From the NCBI GenBank assembly GCA_963827565.1, contig CAWHBG010000003.1:124530-188529 (forward strand): a DNA stretch of 64,000 nt, in the 5' to 3' direction. The number at the start of each line of letters is the position of its first letter. Positions within the stretch are counted from its first letter, which is position 1. This DNA comes from Candidatus Aminicenantes bacterium. Lineage in GTDB: Bacteria > Acidobacteriota > Aminicenantia > UBA2199. Under the pieces are notes generated by a model. The model was not told the origin of the DNA. It searched no databases and saw only the letters and a program-made list of their open reading frames with translations. The translations under genes were made by a program, and so were the position numbers. Below, in pieces: positions 11,934 through 22,236 of the stretch.

Positions 11934-12326
11934 TTATATCCTTATTAGTTTGACCAGTCTCTCGCGGTACCTCCTGCCCCATTGCAGAGTTTTATTATTA
12001 GTAAGAACTATTATAAAATTATTGTTCTCCCCTTCCCTCATCTCATTTATCCGGTCAATATTGACTATAGTGGATTTGTTCACTCTCATGAATTTATCTG
12101 CCCCCAGTTTCTCTTCGAGAAAAACTAATGACTTCCTTACAATATAACTTTTATCATCACAAAAAAGTCTGCAATAGTTTCCCTCTGATTCTATAAAATT
12201 AATATTATTTTTATTAACAAAGTAATAGTTCCGACCGTTCTTAATTAGTATTTTTCCCATAATAGGATTGTGGTTAATAATATTTGTTTTCTCTTCAAAA
12301 CTGACAGGATTTGAGTTGAGTGGCAT
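11934..12326 (-). CDS. Stand-alone LytTR DNA-binding domain protein
   Basis: INFIESEGNYCRLF...SLVFLEEKL...FMRVNKSTIVNIDRI...GRRYRERL. Confidence 0.85.
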   Translation of the reverse strand: MPLNSNPVSFEEKTNIINHNPIMGKILIKNGRNYYFVNKNNINFIESEGNYCRLFCDDKSYIVRKSLVFLEEKLGADKFMRVNKSTIVNIDRINEMREGENNNFIIVLTNNKTLQWGRRYRERLVKLIRI

Positions 12327-13633
12327 TACCCTCCTCCATTAACAATAAAAGACCTTGTTATTGTTTCACTGCTGAAATCGGAATTACCGGTATTAGCTCT
12401 GATCTTCCAGAAATAATTAATATCCGTCTCAAGCCCTGACAAAGTATGTGAAAACCGGAATTGATCCGCTGTTGAAATATCACCATCAGAATGCCTGCAT
12501 CCTGTGATAAGCAGCAAAACAATTAAAAACAGCAAAAACCGGATAATGTATCCGGAACGACTCTTATACCCAACTAATACAAATCCCAGGAGAAAAAAAC
12601 AATAATGACCGGTCTTTAAATTGGAAACAAATGCAATCTTTGTATCTATTGAAACTATTTTACATTCAGAAAAATCTTCAATTGGGGAATATACAAGTTC
12701 ATATTTGCTGTCATACTTTCCATCCCATTCAAAAGTAATTTCAGTGCCATTTATCTTTTGCCCATCCTCCGGAAATATGATATTAATATTTGAAAAAATA
12801 CCCGGAATGTCTACTTCCATATTTCTTGCTAAACTATTCTGCTCAAGGGTTATTTTCAGAAATTCTGAAAAATTGTGATAATAAAAAAGGTAAACTGAGG
12901 AGTCAGTAGGATTATAAATATTTGAGTATTGTGTAGGATACTTTCCATCCTGGTAAGTTGAATCGAGGATTTTTATTATCAATGGAATATTCAAAGTAAT
13001 ATCATTGTCCAAAATTTTCTGTGCTGCTTCATACCTTTCACAGGGGAACCCTCCGAGTGAAGGAAAGGAATGATAAAAGTTTGTCATTATCTGATATCTT
13101 TTATCCTTTAATATATATCCATCCCCTTCAACAATCACAGAATTACCCAGTCTGTCTCCGATCAAATATTGAGCCTTAAATTGATCATCACAATAGTATT
13201 TTTCAAAAATTTTCAGAGCATCTTCAATGGTTCTGCATTCCTCCATTATCTTTTTCATTAACGGCCCGTAAAATTTGATCTTATTTGTGACCGAAACAGG
13301 CATATCAAGAAATGGAACTGCCGTTGCATCCCAGAAGAGTCCGTATTCATTCATCCCTCCCTGTGGGAATCCACTCTTGAATCCAAACTTGACCCATCCA
13401 TATTTTTCCCCATCCGGGGCCATAAATGTCATCCTTGTTCTGGAATCACTCCAATCCTCATTGTTACCGCCAAATGAAACCCCCTTCTCTGAAACATAAA
13501 ATACAGTGCAGGGAAAAACTCTTATCCCAGACAAAAAAAATAAAATGAATAGAAAAAACAATAAATTCCTTTTATTATTTCCCCGGCAATATCCTGTTAA
13601 ACTTAACGGATTTCCGTTATTTTTAATTTCCAT
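12326..13633 (-). CDS. Exported Ntn-hydrolase (choloylglycine hydrolase/C45-like) with C-terminal Fn3-like and hydrophobic segments
   Basis: Signal peptide followed by a Cys nucleophile (P|CTVF...GNNEDW); GGMNEYGL; QIMTNF; TQYSNIY. Confidence 0.75.
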   Translation of the reverse strand: MEIKNNGNPLSLTGYCRGNNKRNLLFFLFILFFLSGIRVFPCTVFYVSEKGVSFGGNNEDWSDSRTRMTFMAPDGEKYGWVKFGFKSGFPQGGMNEYGLFWDATAVPFLDMPVSVTNKIKFYGPLMKKIMEECRTIEDALKIFEKYYCDDQFKAQYLIGDRLGNSVIVEGDGYILKDKRYQIMTNFYHSFPSLGGFPCERYEAAQKILDNDITLNIPLIIKILDSTYQDGKYPTQYSNIYNPTDSSVYLFYYHNFSEFLKITLEQNSLARNMEVDIPGIFSNINIIFPEDGQKINGTEITFEWDGKYDSKYELVYSPIEDFSECKIVSIDTKIAFVSNLKTGHYCFFLLGFVLVGYKSRSGYIIRFLLFLIVLLLITGCRHSDGDISTADQFRFSHTLSGLETDINYFWKIRANTGNSDFSSETITRSFIVNGGG

Positions 13634-14637
13634 ATTTCATTCTCTTCATCTTCAACCAACTGGTAGATTTTATTTTTATGAATTGTAAAAGGTGAGAAAA
13701 GGACAGGATTTACAAAATGGAGCGGTAGTTCCTTTCTACCTGAAAAATTGCCGTCTGGCGAAAAGACAAAAGTTTCCAGTCCTCCCTTACATCTTTTCCA
13801 GGTAAAGATATATAATTTGGAGTTATCTGCATATATAAAAAATATAGCCGGATAATATTCGGGGAAGATCAAACTTTTATACATCTTTCTGTATACATAG
13901 TCCGGAGAGTTCGCCTTAAGATAATCCAAAAAGTTCCTCTTATCTTTCACTGTGAACTTCATTCTTTTGTAATCCCGTTTAATGGAGAACAAGCGATTGC
14001 CGCTAATATCAAAAGCATGAACAATAAAACCTTTATCGCCGGAAATATAAATCCGTGATCCCAGTGTTATGAAAGAAAAAGATTTTTCAAAATATTTTTT
14101 TTCCCCTTTTTCTGAGTCAAATCTTGAACCAATACTGCTCCTGTATATCTCTTTAACTTTTTCCAAACTGTTGTTGTAGATATTTATTGTTCTGAATCCC
14201 TCATTTTTAACCATTTCAGTACCGGTTCCGATATATCCGTTATCAATAGGTTGAAATCCACCTGAAATCCCTGAATTTTTCACAGTTCTTACATCCTTGA
14301 TAAATCTCCCGTCAATGTAGAAGTATGAAACTTTCCCGAGGCTGCTTACTAAAATTTTCCCGGACACAATGTGAATTCTTATAACCCCCAAAAACTCGCC
14401 TGGCCCCTCTCCTTTTTGACCAATTTTCTTTAATAGTCTGAAATTATTCAGATCATATATATGTATAGTCGCTTTTTCAGTTACAAACATCCTGTTTTTG
14501 TCGATCACAATAGAGCCAGGTTTTAAGATGTAAGGAAATAAAATATCCTTATCTGACTGTTCCGAAAAAAGAACACTGCATATTAAAAATAGTATAATTA
14601 TTATCAGATATAAAAAAATCATTAATACTCTTTTCAT
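13603..14637 (-). CDS. 6-bladed beta-propeller protein, exported
   Basis: Signal peptide; KKIGQKGEGPGEF; repeated beta blades. Confidence 0.7.
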   Translation of the reverse strand: MKRVLMIFLYLIIIILFLICSVLFSEQSDKDILFPYILKPGSIVIDKNRMFVTEKATIHIYDLNNFRLLKKIGQKGEGPGEFLGVIRIHIVSGKILVSSLGKVSYFYIDGRFIKDVRTVKNSGISGGFQPIDNGYIGTGTEMVKNEGFRTINIYNNSLEKVKEIYRSSIGSRFDSEKGEKKYFEKSFSFITLGSRIYISGDKGFIVHAFDISGNRLFSIKRDYKRMKFTVKDKRNFLDYLKANSPDYVYRKMYKSLIFPEYYPAIFFIYADNSKLYIFTWKRCKGGLETFVFSPDGNFSGRKELPLHFVNPVLFSPFTIHKNKIYQLVEDEENEIWKLKITEIR

Positions 14638-14861
14638 TAATACATCTCCTTCAAACAATTGATCTTTAATATCATTTATTTGAGTAAATCACCAAAACAA
14701 TATTTGATTACATTATATTTGCAAAGATAAAAAACAAATGAGAATATCTTCTCATTTTGCATTTTTATTACTCTGGTAATATATTTTATTATACTTACTG
14801 AAATTAAATTTTTACGACAAAAAATTATTAATTATCGTATTATTAAACAGGAAAGTGGCCA

Positions 14862-17597
14862 ATGAAAATTATTGTTTCAATGCTTTTGCTGTCATCCCTA
14901 TTACTTCCCAATCAAGCTCCGGGACCTGAAGAAATTAAATTCACCGGAATTACCATCAATGAGGGCTTGTCCCAAAACACAGTCTATTGCTCTTTCAGGG
15001 ATTTGAAAGGATTTATGTGGTTCGGAACTGAAAAAGGTCTTAACAGATATGACGGACATGGATTTAAAGTTTATGTGCACGATCCGGAAAACTCCAATAG
15101 CCTTGGATATGACATGGTCCTCTCAATATTTGAATCCCCAAGAGAACCGGGTATTTTATGGATCGGCACTGGTGGCGGAGGACTTGACAGGTTTGATACA
15201 ATGAACAATACATTTCATCATTTCGTGAACGATGATTCTGATCCCGGCTCCATAAACAGCAACAATATCCGGTGTATATCCCAGGATTCTAACGGGGACA
15301 TATGGATAGGAACAGAAAGCGGTATTTCAATCTTCAACAGATCTAAATCCAACTTCAAAAATTTTATGATCGATTCTGGCCAATCTGTCCCTGTCCTTTC
15401 CATTCAGGAAATGGAAGAGGGAAAACTGCTTCTTGGAACATGGGGAAAAGGGATCTATATGATTTTGACCCATAAGAAAAAAATAATTCCTTTTTGTATG
15501 AATAAAGATATTGAGGAGATCCGTCATTCACAGATTAGAGCACTTCTTATAGATAGAGAAGGAGATATCTGGGCAGGGACTTCATCAAAAGGATTATATC
15601 AGGTAAAAATTGATAAAAACGGCAGGTGTATATACAAAAATTTCAGGTCAGGAAAAGGGCTGAACTGCAATATCATCAGAGATCTGAATCAGGACCGGTT
15701 TGGATTCATATGGATAGCAACTCATGGGGGTGGTATCAACAGGTTTGATCCCCGATCCGGAATATCTTCATTTCACACTCACTCAGATGAGAAGACAGGA
15801 AGTATCTCCAATAATATCGTTTTAAATGTCTTTGAAGACAAGGAAGGCCTGGTCTGGGCTGGTACATTCGGAGGTGGAGTAAATAAGTATCATAACAAAA
15901 AATCTAATTTTGAAATAATCCGGTTCAGTCAAAATATAAAGGGGAAGGCCGGGCAAAATAGCATATCTTCACTTTATACCGACTCTAAAGGGAATATCCT
16001 GGTCGGGAGTATGGGTAGCATAGGGAGTAGTATCGGATATATTGACACAATAAGTAAAACAATCAAGTACTTTCCTATTGAAGAATCGAGCAACTCTTAC
16101 CTTTCTGGAAATATCATTTTCTCAATTATCGAGGTTAGTGAAGGCAAATTCTGGCTTGGGACATGGGGAAAGGGATTATTCCTTCTGGACACCATAAAAG
16201 GAAATATTATCAAATCGGATACAATAATCAAGCGAACATCAAATTTAAAGAGTCAACGTATCTTATCCCTCCAAATAACCAATTCGGGAGATCTACTGGA
16301 AGGGACCTGGGGAGACGGTTTAAATATAATCCGTCATGACCTTGCACACATCGATAGCTATAAAAATGATCCTGAAGATCCACATTCTCTCAGTAATGAC
16401 AAGGTTCGAGCCGTTCATTGTGATAATTATAATAATATCTGGATCGGTACAGAGAAAGGATTGAACAAATTTGATCCGGATAATAAGAGTTTTATCCGTT
16501 ATCTCCATCGAAAAAATGTTGCTGGTTCTCTCAGTCATAATATAATACTTTCTATTTTTTCGGACAAAGCCGGACAATTATGGATCGGGACCGAACAAGG
16601 ACTTAACCTTTATGATAGGAAGATGGATCAATTCAAGCACTTTGGAATTGAGTCAGGAATTCATGGTGAATCGATCTACGGAATACTTGAAGATCGGAAT
16701 GGTAATCTTTGGATCAGCACAAATAAGGGACTCAATAAATTTGAAAAAGAAACTGGGCATTTTCTGAACTTTGATGTCAGAAAGAACGTCAGTAAGTATG
16801 AGTTCAGCCTGGCACATACCCTAGGTCTGGATGGGAAAATGTATTTCGGCAGTGTCGAGGGAATCATCGTATTCTCCCCTGAAAAAGTAAAGCAGGATCT
16901 CTTCAAGCCGGAGATAATACTGACATCTTTTAAGAAATTCGGCAAAGAAGTATATCTGAGGCAAAATATCTCTGCTCTTTCAACACTTGAAATATCTTAC
17001 TCCGATAAAATTTTCTCATTTGATGTCTCTTCTCTGAGTTTTGCAAATTCTGCAAAAAATAAGTATAAGTACAAACTTGAAGGATTGATCGATGAATGGA
17101 TCGATCTCAACAATAAACACACGATCTCTTTTTCAAAACTTGATCCCGGATCATACATTCTGAAAGTTAAGGGGACAAACTCTGACGGGGTCTGGAATGA
17201 TTCCATCACATCCCTAAAATTGATCATAACGCCCCCTTTCTGGCAAACCTGGTGGTTCAGATTTGTTATAATAATTTTGATACTAATACTTATTCAAGTT
17301 TGGCATCGAACCAGAATGTCACGGCTAAAACAGCGCTTACGATCAGAACATGCTTTAGATATTTTATGCAGAAAGAAAAAAATATCCCCCCGGGAAAAAG
17401 AGATCATTTTTCTGGTGATAAAAGGGATGAGCAACAAAGAGATCGAGGAAAAATTATTCATCTCTTCTCATACAGTTAAAAATCATATCTATAATATTTT
17501 TCAAAAACTGGATATCAAAAGCAGAGGGCAGTTAATGGAATTATTTAAAAATATATATTTTTCAGATAAAGATAGTGAAACTCAGGACAAAAACTAA
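14862..17597 (+). CDS. Transmembrane one-component regulator: Reg_prop propeller repeats + Y_Y_Y + TM + LuxR HTH
   Basis: GLSQNTV...GFMWFGTEKGLNRYDG repeats; KYKYKLEG...PGSYILKVKGTNSDGVW; PPFWQTWWF TM segment; ISPREKEIIFLVIKGMSNKEIEEKLFISSHTVKNHIYNIFQKL. Confidence 0.9.
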   Translation: MKIIVSMLLLSSLLLPNQAPGPEEIKFTGITINEGLSQNTVYCSFRDLKGFMWFGTEKGLNRYDGHGFKVYVHDPENSNSLGYDMVLSIFESPREPGILWIGTGGGGLDRFDTMNNTFHHFVNDDSDPGSINSNNIRCISQDSNGDIWIGTESGISIFNRSKSNFKNFMIDSGQSVPVLSIQEMEEGKLLLGTWGKGIYMILTHKKKIIPFCMNKDIEEIRHSQIRALLIDREGDIWAGTSSKGLYQVKIDKNGRCIYKNFRSGKGLNCNIIRDLNQDRFGFIWIATHGGGINRFDPRSGISSFHTHSDEKTGSISNNIVLNVFEDKEGLVWAGTFGGGVNKYHNKKSNFEIIRFSQNIKGKAGQNSISSLYTDSKGNILVGSMGSIGSSIGYIDTISKTIKYFPIEESSNSYLSGNIIFSIIEVSEGKFWLGTWGKGLFLLDTIKGNIIKSDTIIKRTSNLKSQRILSLQITNSGDLLEGTWGDGLNIIRHDLAHIDSYKNDPEDPHSLSNDKVRAVHCDNYNNIWIGTEKGLNKFDPDNKSFIRYLHRKNVAGSLSHNIILSIFSDKAGQLWIGTEQGLNLYDRKMDQFKHFGIESGIHGESIYGILEDRNGNLWISTNKGLNKFEKETGHFLNFDVRKNVSKYEFSLAHTLGLDGKMYFGSVEGIIVFSPEKVKQDLFKPEIILTSFKKFGKEVYLRQNISALSTLEISYSDKIFSFDVSSLSFANSAKNKYKYKLEGLIDEWIDLNNKHTISFSKLDPGSYILKVKGTNSDGVWNDSITSLKLIITPPFWQTWWFRFVIIILILILIQVWHRTRMSRLKQRLRSEHALDILCRKKKISPREKEIIFLVIKGMSNKEIEEKLFISSHTVKNHIYNIFQKLDIKSRGQLMELFKNIYFSDKDSETQDKN

Positions 17598-17722
17598 TTT
17601 TATTTGAAGAAATCTTGGGTTGTCCATACACCAAGAGACTTTGTTCATATACCAAAACCGACCTAAACCACATGCTATTGTATAGTCATTAAACATCATA
17701 ATAACCGGCTTAGGGCAGAGAA

Positions 17723-18535
17723 TCAATCCGAAATCGAGTTAATAAAATTTGCTATAACTGAATAAGTGTGTCCTGGATTCTCTTCTGTCATCGCATGTCC
17801 TGAGTCTTTAATATAATAAACAGGGATCCCCGCCTCAAGAAGCATTATTTCTCCCGGATAAACATTTTTATTTTTCTCACCATAAATATAGCATTGATTT
17901 GATAAATGAATAAAATCTGTAAACGCTTGGTCCTCCACAGATGTATCTACAGTATCTTTTGCACTCCAGTAGAGAGCTTCAGTCGTCGCCTGCTTAAAAG
18001 TAACTAAATATGATTTAAAATACGGATTTGATTCAGATTTACTCAGAAGTGTATTCTCGATGTTATCCCTCCCCTTTTTCTGAAACTCTTCAAACGATTC
18101 TTTATTTATCTGACCGGACATGAAGCAGTCCTCCCAGGTAAGATTTCCTTCCAGATTTATAAATGACAGGACTCGCTTCTTTAATTTTTTTGATATTTCA
18201 ATTCCAATAAGTCCCCCCATAGAATGAGCACATAAATGAAATCTATTTAATTGCATTTTATTAATGAATCTGATAATTAATTCACTGTAGTCTTTCATAC
18301 TGTAAGAAAAATTCTTTGATATATAGCTATTCCCAAATCCCGGTAGGTCAAGAGTAACCAAATTAAATGGAAACAAAGACGGCTCTTTGAATGCAAATCT
18401 GAAGAATACTTTGCTGGAACCAAATCCATGAATAAAGACGATAGTATCACTAGTACGATCCTGAACTCTGTATCTATAAGATACACTGATATCACTCTCA
18501 AGTTTTAAAATTCCTTCATGAATCATTTCATACAT
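17723..18535 (-). CDS. Alpha/beta hydrolase
   Basis: FIHGFGSS, DLPGFGNS, nucleophile elbow AHSMGG, C-terminal SGH. Confidence 0.85.
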   Translation of the reverse strand: MYEMIHEGILKLESDISVSYRYRVQDRTSDTIVFIHGFGSSKVFFRFAFKEPSLFPFNLVTLDLPGFGNSYISKNFSYSMKDYSELIIRFINKMQLNRFHLCAHSMGGLIGIEISKKLKKRVLSFINLEGNLTWEDCFMSGQINKESFEEFQKKGRDNIENTLLSKSESNPYFKSYLVTFKQATTEALYWSAKDTVDTSVEDQAFTDFIHLSNQCYIYGEKNKNVYPGEIMLLEAGIPVYYIKDSGHAMTEENPGHTYSVIANFINSISD

Positions 18536-18816
18536 TTTAATTAATCTCCATATAATAAATTCTTATCCTTTTTAAAATAGACTCACTCATTCTTTTTATT
18601 ACCGGATGTAACAGACGCATCCAGGCTGAAGACATTAAATAGGATAAAAAAAAATTTCTCATGTTATTTGATCTTTTGAATTTCATTAACAACATTGGTA
18701 TCCAACAAATAGAGCTTACATGTTGACATGCACACATTTATTGTACCACTCTCAGAATATTTTTTTTTATCCGTCACCATCTTAGAACAAGCAATTGAGT
18801 GGGAATTTAAATATTA

Positions 18817-18972
18817 TGGACTTCACCCCGAATCTTGATCCAAAGTTAATGTTAGTATTTTTGTAAAAATGCGATTAATTAATTGGAGGATAAACAGATG
18901 AAAACGAGGTTCACAGAAGAGCAGATCGCCTTTGCATTGAGGCAGGCAGAATCATCCCCCCCCGTTAACTAA
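18817..18972 (+). mobile_element. IS3-family remnant (left end plus first ~19 codons of orfA)
   Basis: TGGACTTCACCCCG end-like sequence at 18817; GGAGG RBS; ATG 18898 encodes MKTRFTEEQIAFALRQAES, the typical IS3-family OrfA N-terminus, then a C-run and a stop at 18972. Confidence 0.75.
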
Positions 18973-19463
18973 AGATTGATGCACAAAAAAAATACATATC
19001 TCTATACAATATGAAGAGATCAAATCTTGATTTCAAGCATTCAGATATGTTTTGATGGACACAATTTAGGGACATCACAAACTTGACAGTTGCACTATGC
19101 CCAAATAAAAAAATATTTTTGACAATGTATTTTTTGCTGCTGTGTTTCGGTTTCAAAAGCGGGCGAATCCCGTCTGCCGGAATCGTTCGCCCGATAGCAA
19201 CACAACCATAAGGAGCGTCTTCCTTATCCAGTTTCATTCCGCTCCTCAGCATTCTTTTACTGCGTTTTCAGCCAGCAAGTTTTCAAATATCCCAATTTTT
19301 TGACCTAAATATGACCCTAAAAACAGGATTAAATCATTGATTTGAAAATGAGAAAATTTTCTCATGAAATTTTTTAAATCATATTCAATAATATTCATGT
19401 ATGTATTTGTAAAAAGATTGAAATGTTATAATTGGGACAGTATAACTGAGGGGAATTCTATCA

Positions 19464-21716
19464 ATGCCTGATACAGTAATTGTCAAGGGAGCCAGAATCC
19501 ATAACTTAAAGAATTTAAGCGTGGAGATCCCACGGAACAAGATTGTTGTTTTTACTGGAGTTTCTGGTTCAGGAAAATCGTCTTTGGTGTTTGATACAAT
19601 TTATACTGAAGCTCAAAGGCAGTTAATTGAGACTTTTTCCTCTTTTGCCAGAAGAAGGCTGCCCAAGCTGTCTCGTCCTCCTGTTGATGATATCTGTAAT
19701 ATCTCCACAGCAATTGTTATTGATCAAAAGAGGCTTGGGCAGACATTACGAAGTACTGTTGGAACTGCAACAGAAGTCTATACATACTTACGGCTTCTTT
19801 ATTCCCGATGTGGAGACAAATTCATCGGACCTTCCTATTTGTTTTCATTTAATCATCCTGAGGGGATGTGCCCGGAATGCAAGGGATTGGGACAAAAAAT
19901 CCAGGTCAATATTGAATTACTGTTGGACAAAGAAAAAAACCTTCAGGATGGAGCAATATCTCATCCTGAGTACAAAGTGAATGGCTGGAATTGGAGAGAA
20001 CTGGTTGGATGTGAATTGTTTGACGTTGACAAACCACTTATCGATTTTTCTAAAGAGGAATTACAAAAACTACTCTACGCTAAAAGTATCCCAATTACAA
20101 AAAAACATGGTGCAGGGATTTATGCCAAAAATTTTGAAGGAATCGTACACAGACTTGAGCGGTTACATGTCAGTAAGGGTAAGCATGAATCTGTAGCAGT
20201 AAAAAAAGATGCCTATCAAAAATATTTTGTATATTCAGACTGCAACTGTTGTAAAAGAACACGGCTCAATAATAAGGCTCGAAGCGTAAAAGTAGCTGGA
20301 AAAACTATAGATGAATTGGCAGCCATGGAACTAACCGATTTAGATGACTTTTTATGTGGTGTAAAAGGAGAATTGGCTATCCCAATTATTAGAAAAGCAC
20401 ATCATACCCTTGGTCATCTTATTAATATTGGTGTTGGATATCTATCATTAAATAGGGCAGTTGCTACATTATCAGGTGGAGAAAGTCAAAGGATAAAAAT
20501 GGCACGGCAACTCGATTGCGAATTGGTTAATCTCATGTATATTTTGGATGAACCATCCATTGGATTACATCCCAGGGATAATAGCAAACTGATCGAGATG
20601 TTACGAAAATTGAGAGATAAGGGTAATAGCATTTTTGTTGTAGAACATGATCTGGATATCATTATGTCCGCTGATTGGGTGATTGATATTGGCCCGCATG
20701 CAGGAACCGATGGAGGACATATTCTCTATAGCGGTCAGATTGATGGTCTAAAAATGTCAAAGGGTATAACAGGAAAATATTTAAATAAAAAGGAAAAAGT
20801 AAGTGAACAGCGAAAACAGTGGAGTGACTTTATAGAAATTTCAAATGCAAATATTCACAATCTAAAGAATATCACGACAAAAATTCCCAAGGGAGTACTC
20901 ACCTGTATTACCGGTGTTGCAGGGAGTGGAAAAAGCAGTCTTATCAACGATTTTTTTGTAAAAAGACATCCAGGAGCAGTGATAATTGATCACTCACCCG
21001 TGGGACGATCGAGCAGATCTAATCCCGCGACATATACAGGAGTTTTTAGTGCAATTAGACAAGAGTTTGCCAAAGAGACCCATACTACTGCGGCATTGTT
21101 TAGCTTCAATTCCAGTGGTGCTTGCCAAAAATGTAAAGGGCTTGGAAAAATCAGTATAGAAATGAGTTTTTTAGATGCCATTGAAATTATTTGCGATGAA
21201 TGTAACGGCAAACGCTATCAAGAGAACGTATTGGTATTAAAATATAAAAGGAAGAGTATATTTGATGTTTTAAATATGACTATTAAAGAAGCTGCTGATT
21301 TTTTCCAGGAAACTGAAATAAAAAAGCGTCTCCACATTCTATGTGATGTAGGTTTACATTATCTCGAAATTGGGCAACCATTAAGCACTCTTTCCGGTGG
21401 TGAAGCACAACGAATAAAACTTGCCTCAGAGTTACACAAAAAAGGGACTGTTTATATTATGGATGAACCAACAACTGGGCTGCATATGGCTGATATTGAT
21501 AGATTACTTGCAATAATCAGAAAGTTAGTTGAAAATAATAATACAGTGGTGATCATAGAACACAATTTAGATATTATCAAACATGCTGATTGGATCATTG
21601 ACTTGGGTCCCGAGGGAGGGGCTAAAGGTGGAGAGATCATAATCGAAGGGACACCAGAAGAGGTTGCCCGATGTGAAAAGAGTTTTACCGGACGATACCT
21701 TAAACACAGGCTCTAA
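19464..21716 (+). CDS. Class II UvrA-like ABC ATPase (UvrA2/DrrC-like)
   Basis: Two Walker A motifs ([18 protein letters not shown]), two LSGGE signatures, CxxC Zn motifs. At 750 aa it is shorter than canonical UvrA (~940), and no uvrB is nearby. Confidence 0.85.
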   Translation: MPDTVIVKGARIHNLKNLSVEIPRNKIVVFTGVSGSGKSSLVFDTIYTEAQRQLIETFSSFARRRLPKLSRPPVDDICNISTAIVIDQKRLGQTLRSTVGTATEVYTYLRLLYSRCGDKFIGPSYLFSFNHPEGMCPECKGLGQKIQVNIELLLDKEKNLQDGAISHPEYKVNGWNWRELVGCELFDVDKPLIDFSKEELQKLLYAKSIPITKKHGAGIYAKNFEGIVHRLERLHVSKGKHESVAVKKDAYQKYFVYSDCNCCKRTRLNNKARSVKVAGKTIDELAAMELTDLDDFLCGVKGELAIPIIRKAHHTLGHLINIGVGYLSLNRAVATLSGGESQRIKMARQLDCELVNLMYILDEPSIGLHPRDNSKLIEMLRKLRDKGNSIFVVEHDLDIIMSADWVIDIGPHAGTDGGHILYSGQIDGLKMSKGITGKYLNKKEKVSEQRKQWSDFIEISNANIHNLKNITTKIPKGVLTCITGVAGSGKSSLINDFFVKRHPGAVIIDHSPVGRSSRSNPATYTGVFSAIRQEFAKETHTTAALFSFNSSGACQKCKGLGKISIEMSFLDAIEIICDECNGKRYQENVLVLKYKRKSIFDVLNMTIKEAADFFQETEIKKRLHILCDVGLHYLEIGQPLSTLSGGEAQRIKLASELHKKGTVYIMDEPTTGLHMADIDRLLAIIRKLVENNNTVVIIEHNLDIIKHADWIIDLGPEGGAKGGEIIIEGTPEEVARCEKSFTGRYLKHRL

Positions 21717-21929
21717 ATATGTGTCGTTTCAAATAAATTTGGGACGACTTACCCCTTCTTTGTACCAAAAATTAAGTTAGTTTTCATTATTGTTTGTCCT
21801 ATCTGGTTTGTCAAGCAGAGGCTTGTTCCTCTGCCATAGACGGTCCATTTCCCGGGGCAAGTTCCTCTGGAGTCAGATTATTCAGATAGCTGTGAGAAAG
21901 TTCTCAGATTCCTAATCTGGAATTATAAC

Positions 21930-22111
21930 TAGATGTATTGGAATTGAATGAGGCTTACACTATTATTAACCAGTTTTAATGACTTTTATTTGGCACCATT
22001 GGAAATTATTTTTAACGATAAAATTTTGGAGTTGTGGAAACGACCGATATATGGGGAAGAAAAAAACGCACCCGGAGCGACTCGAACGCCCAACCTACTG
22101 ATTAGAAGTCA
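21930..22111 (-). repeat. Second copy of the ~181-bp repeat, overlapping the intact tRNA-Arg
   Basis: Aligns with 6059..6239. Confidence 0.9.
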
Positions 22112-22139
22112 GTTGCTCTATCCATTGAGCTACGGGTGC
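22067..22139 (-). tRNA. tRNA-Arg(TCT), CCA not encoded
   Basis: GCACCCG acceptor stem; anticodon arm ACTGA-CTTCTAA-TCAGT; T loop TTCGAGT. Confidence 0.95.
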
Positions 22140-22153
22140 CTTGTGAGTTAAAA

Positions 22154-22227
22154 TCGGGGCGGCAGGGTTCGAACCTGCGACCCTCGGTTCCCAAAACCGA
22201 TACTCTACCAGACTGAGCCACGCCCCG
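22154..22227 (-). tRNA. tRNA-Pro(TGG), CCA not encoded
   Basis: CGGGGCG acceptor stem; anticodon arm TCGGT-TTTGGGA-ACCGA; T loop TTCGAAC. Confidence 0.95.
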
Positions 22228-22236
22228 AGATTCTTT

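Larger units (their letters stand above)
6240..21929. mobile_element. Genomic island at the tRNA-Arg(TCT) 3' end; no intact integrase seen
   Basis: Bounded by the two tRNA-Arg-containing repeats; accessory cargo and an IS3 scar. Confidence 0.7.

Noticed and set aside
17620-17655. TTGT(C/T)CATA(C/T)ACCAA direct repeat with a 21-bp period as a LytTR site
   Set aside because: It lies between two convergent 3' ends, not in a promoter.
18664-18729. MSTCKLYLLDTNVVNEIQKIK as a PIN/VapC toxin remnant
   Set aside because: Only the YLLDTNV motif matches; 21 codons with no further PIN residues recognisable.
6240-21929. Prophage or intact integrative element
   Set aside because: No integrase, structural, replication or conjugation genes recognised in the window.
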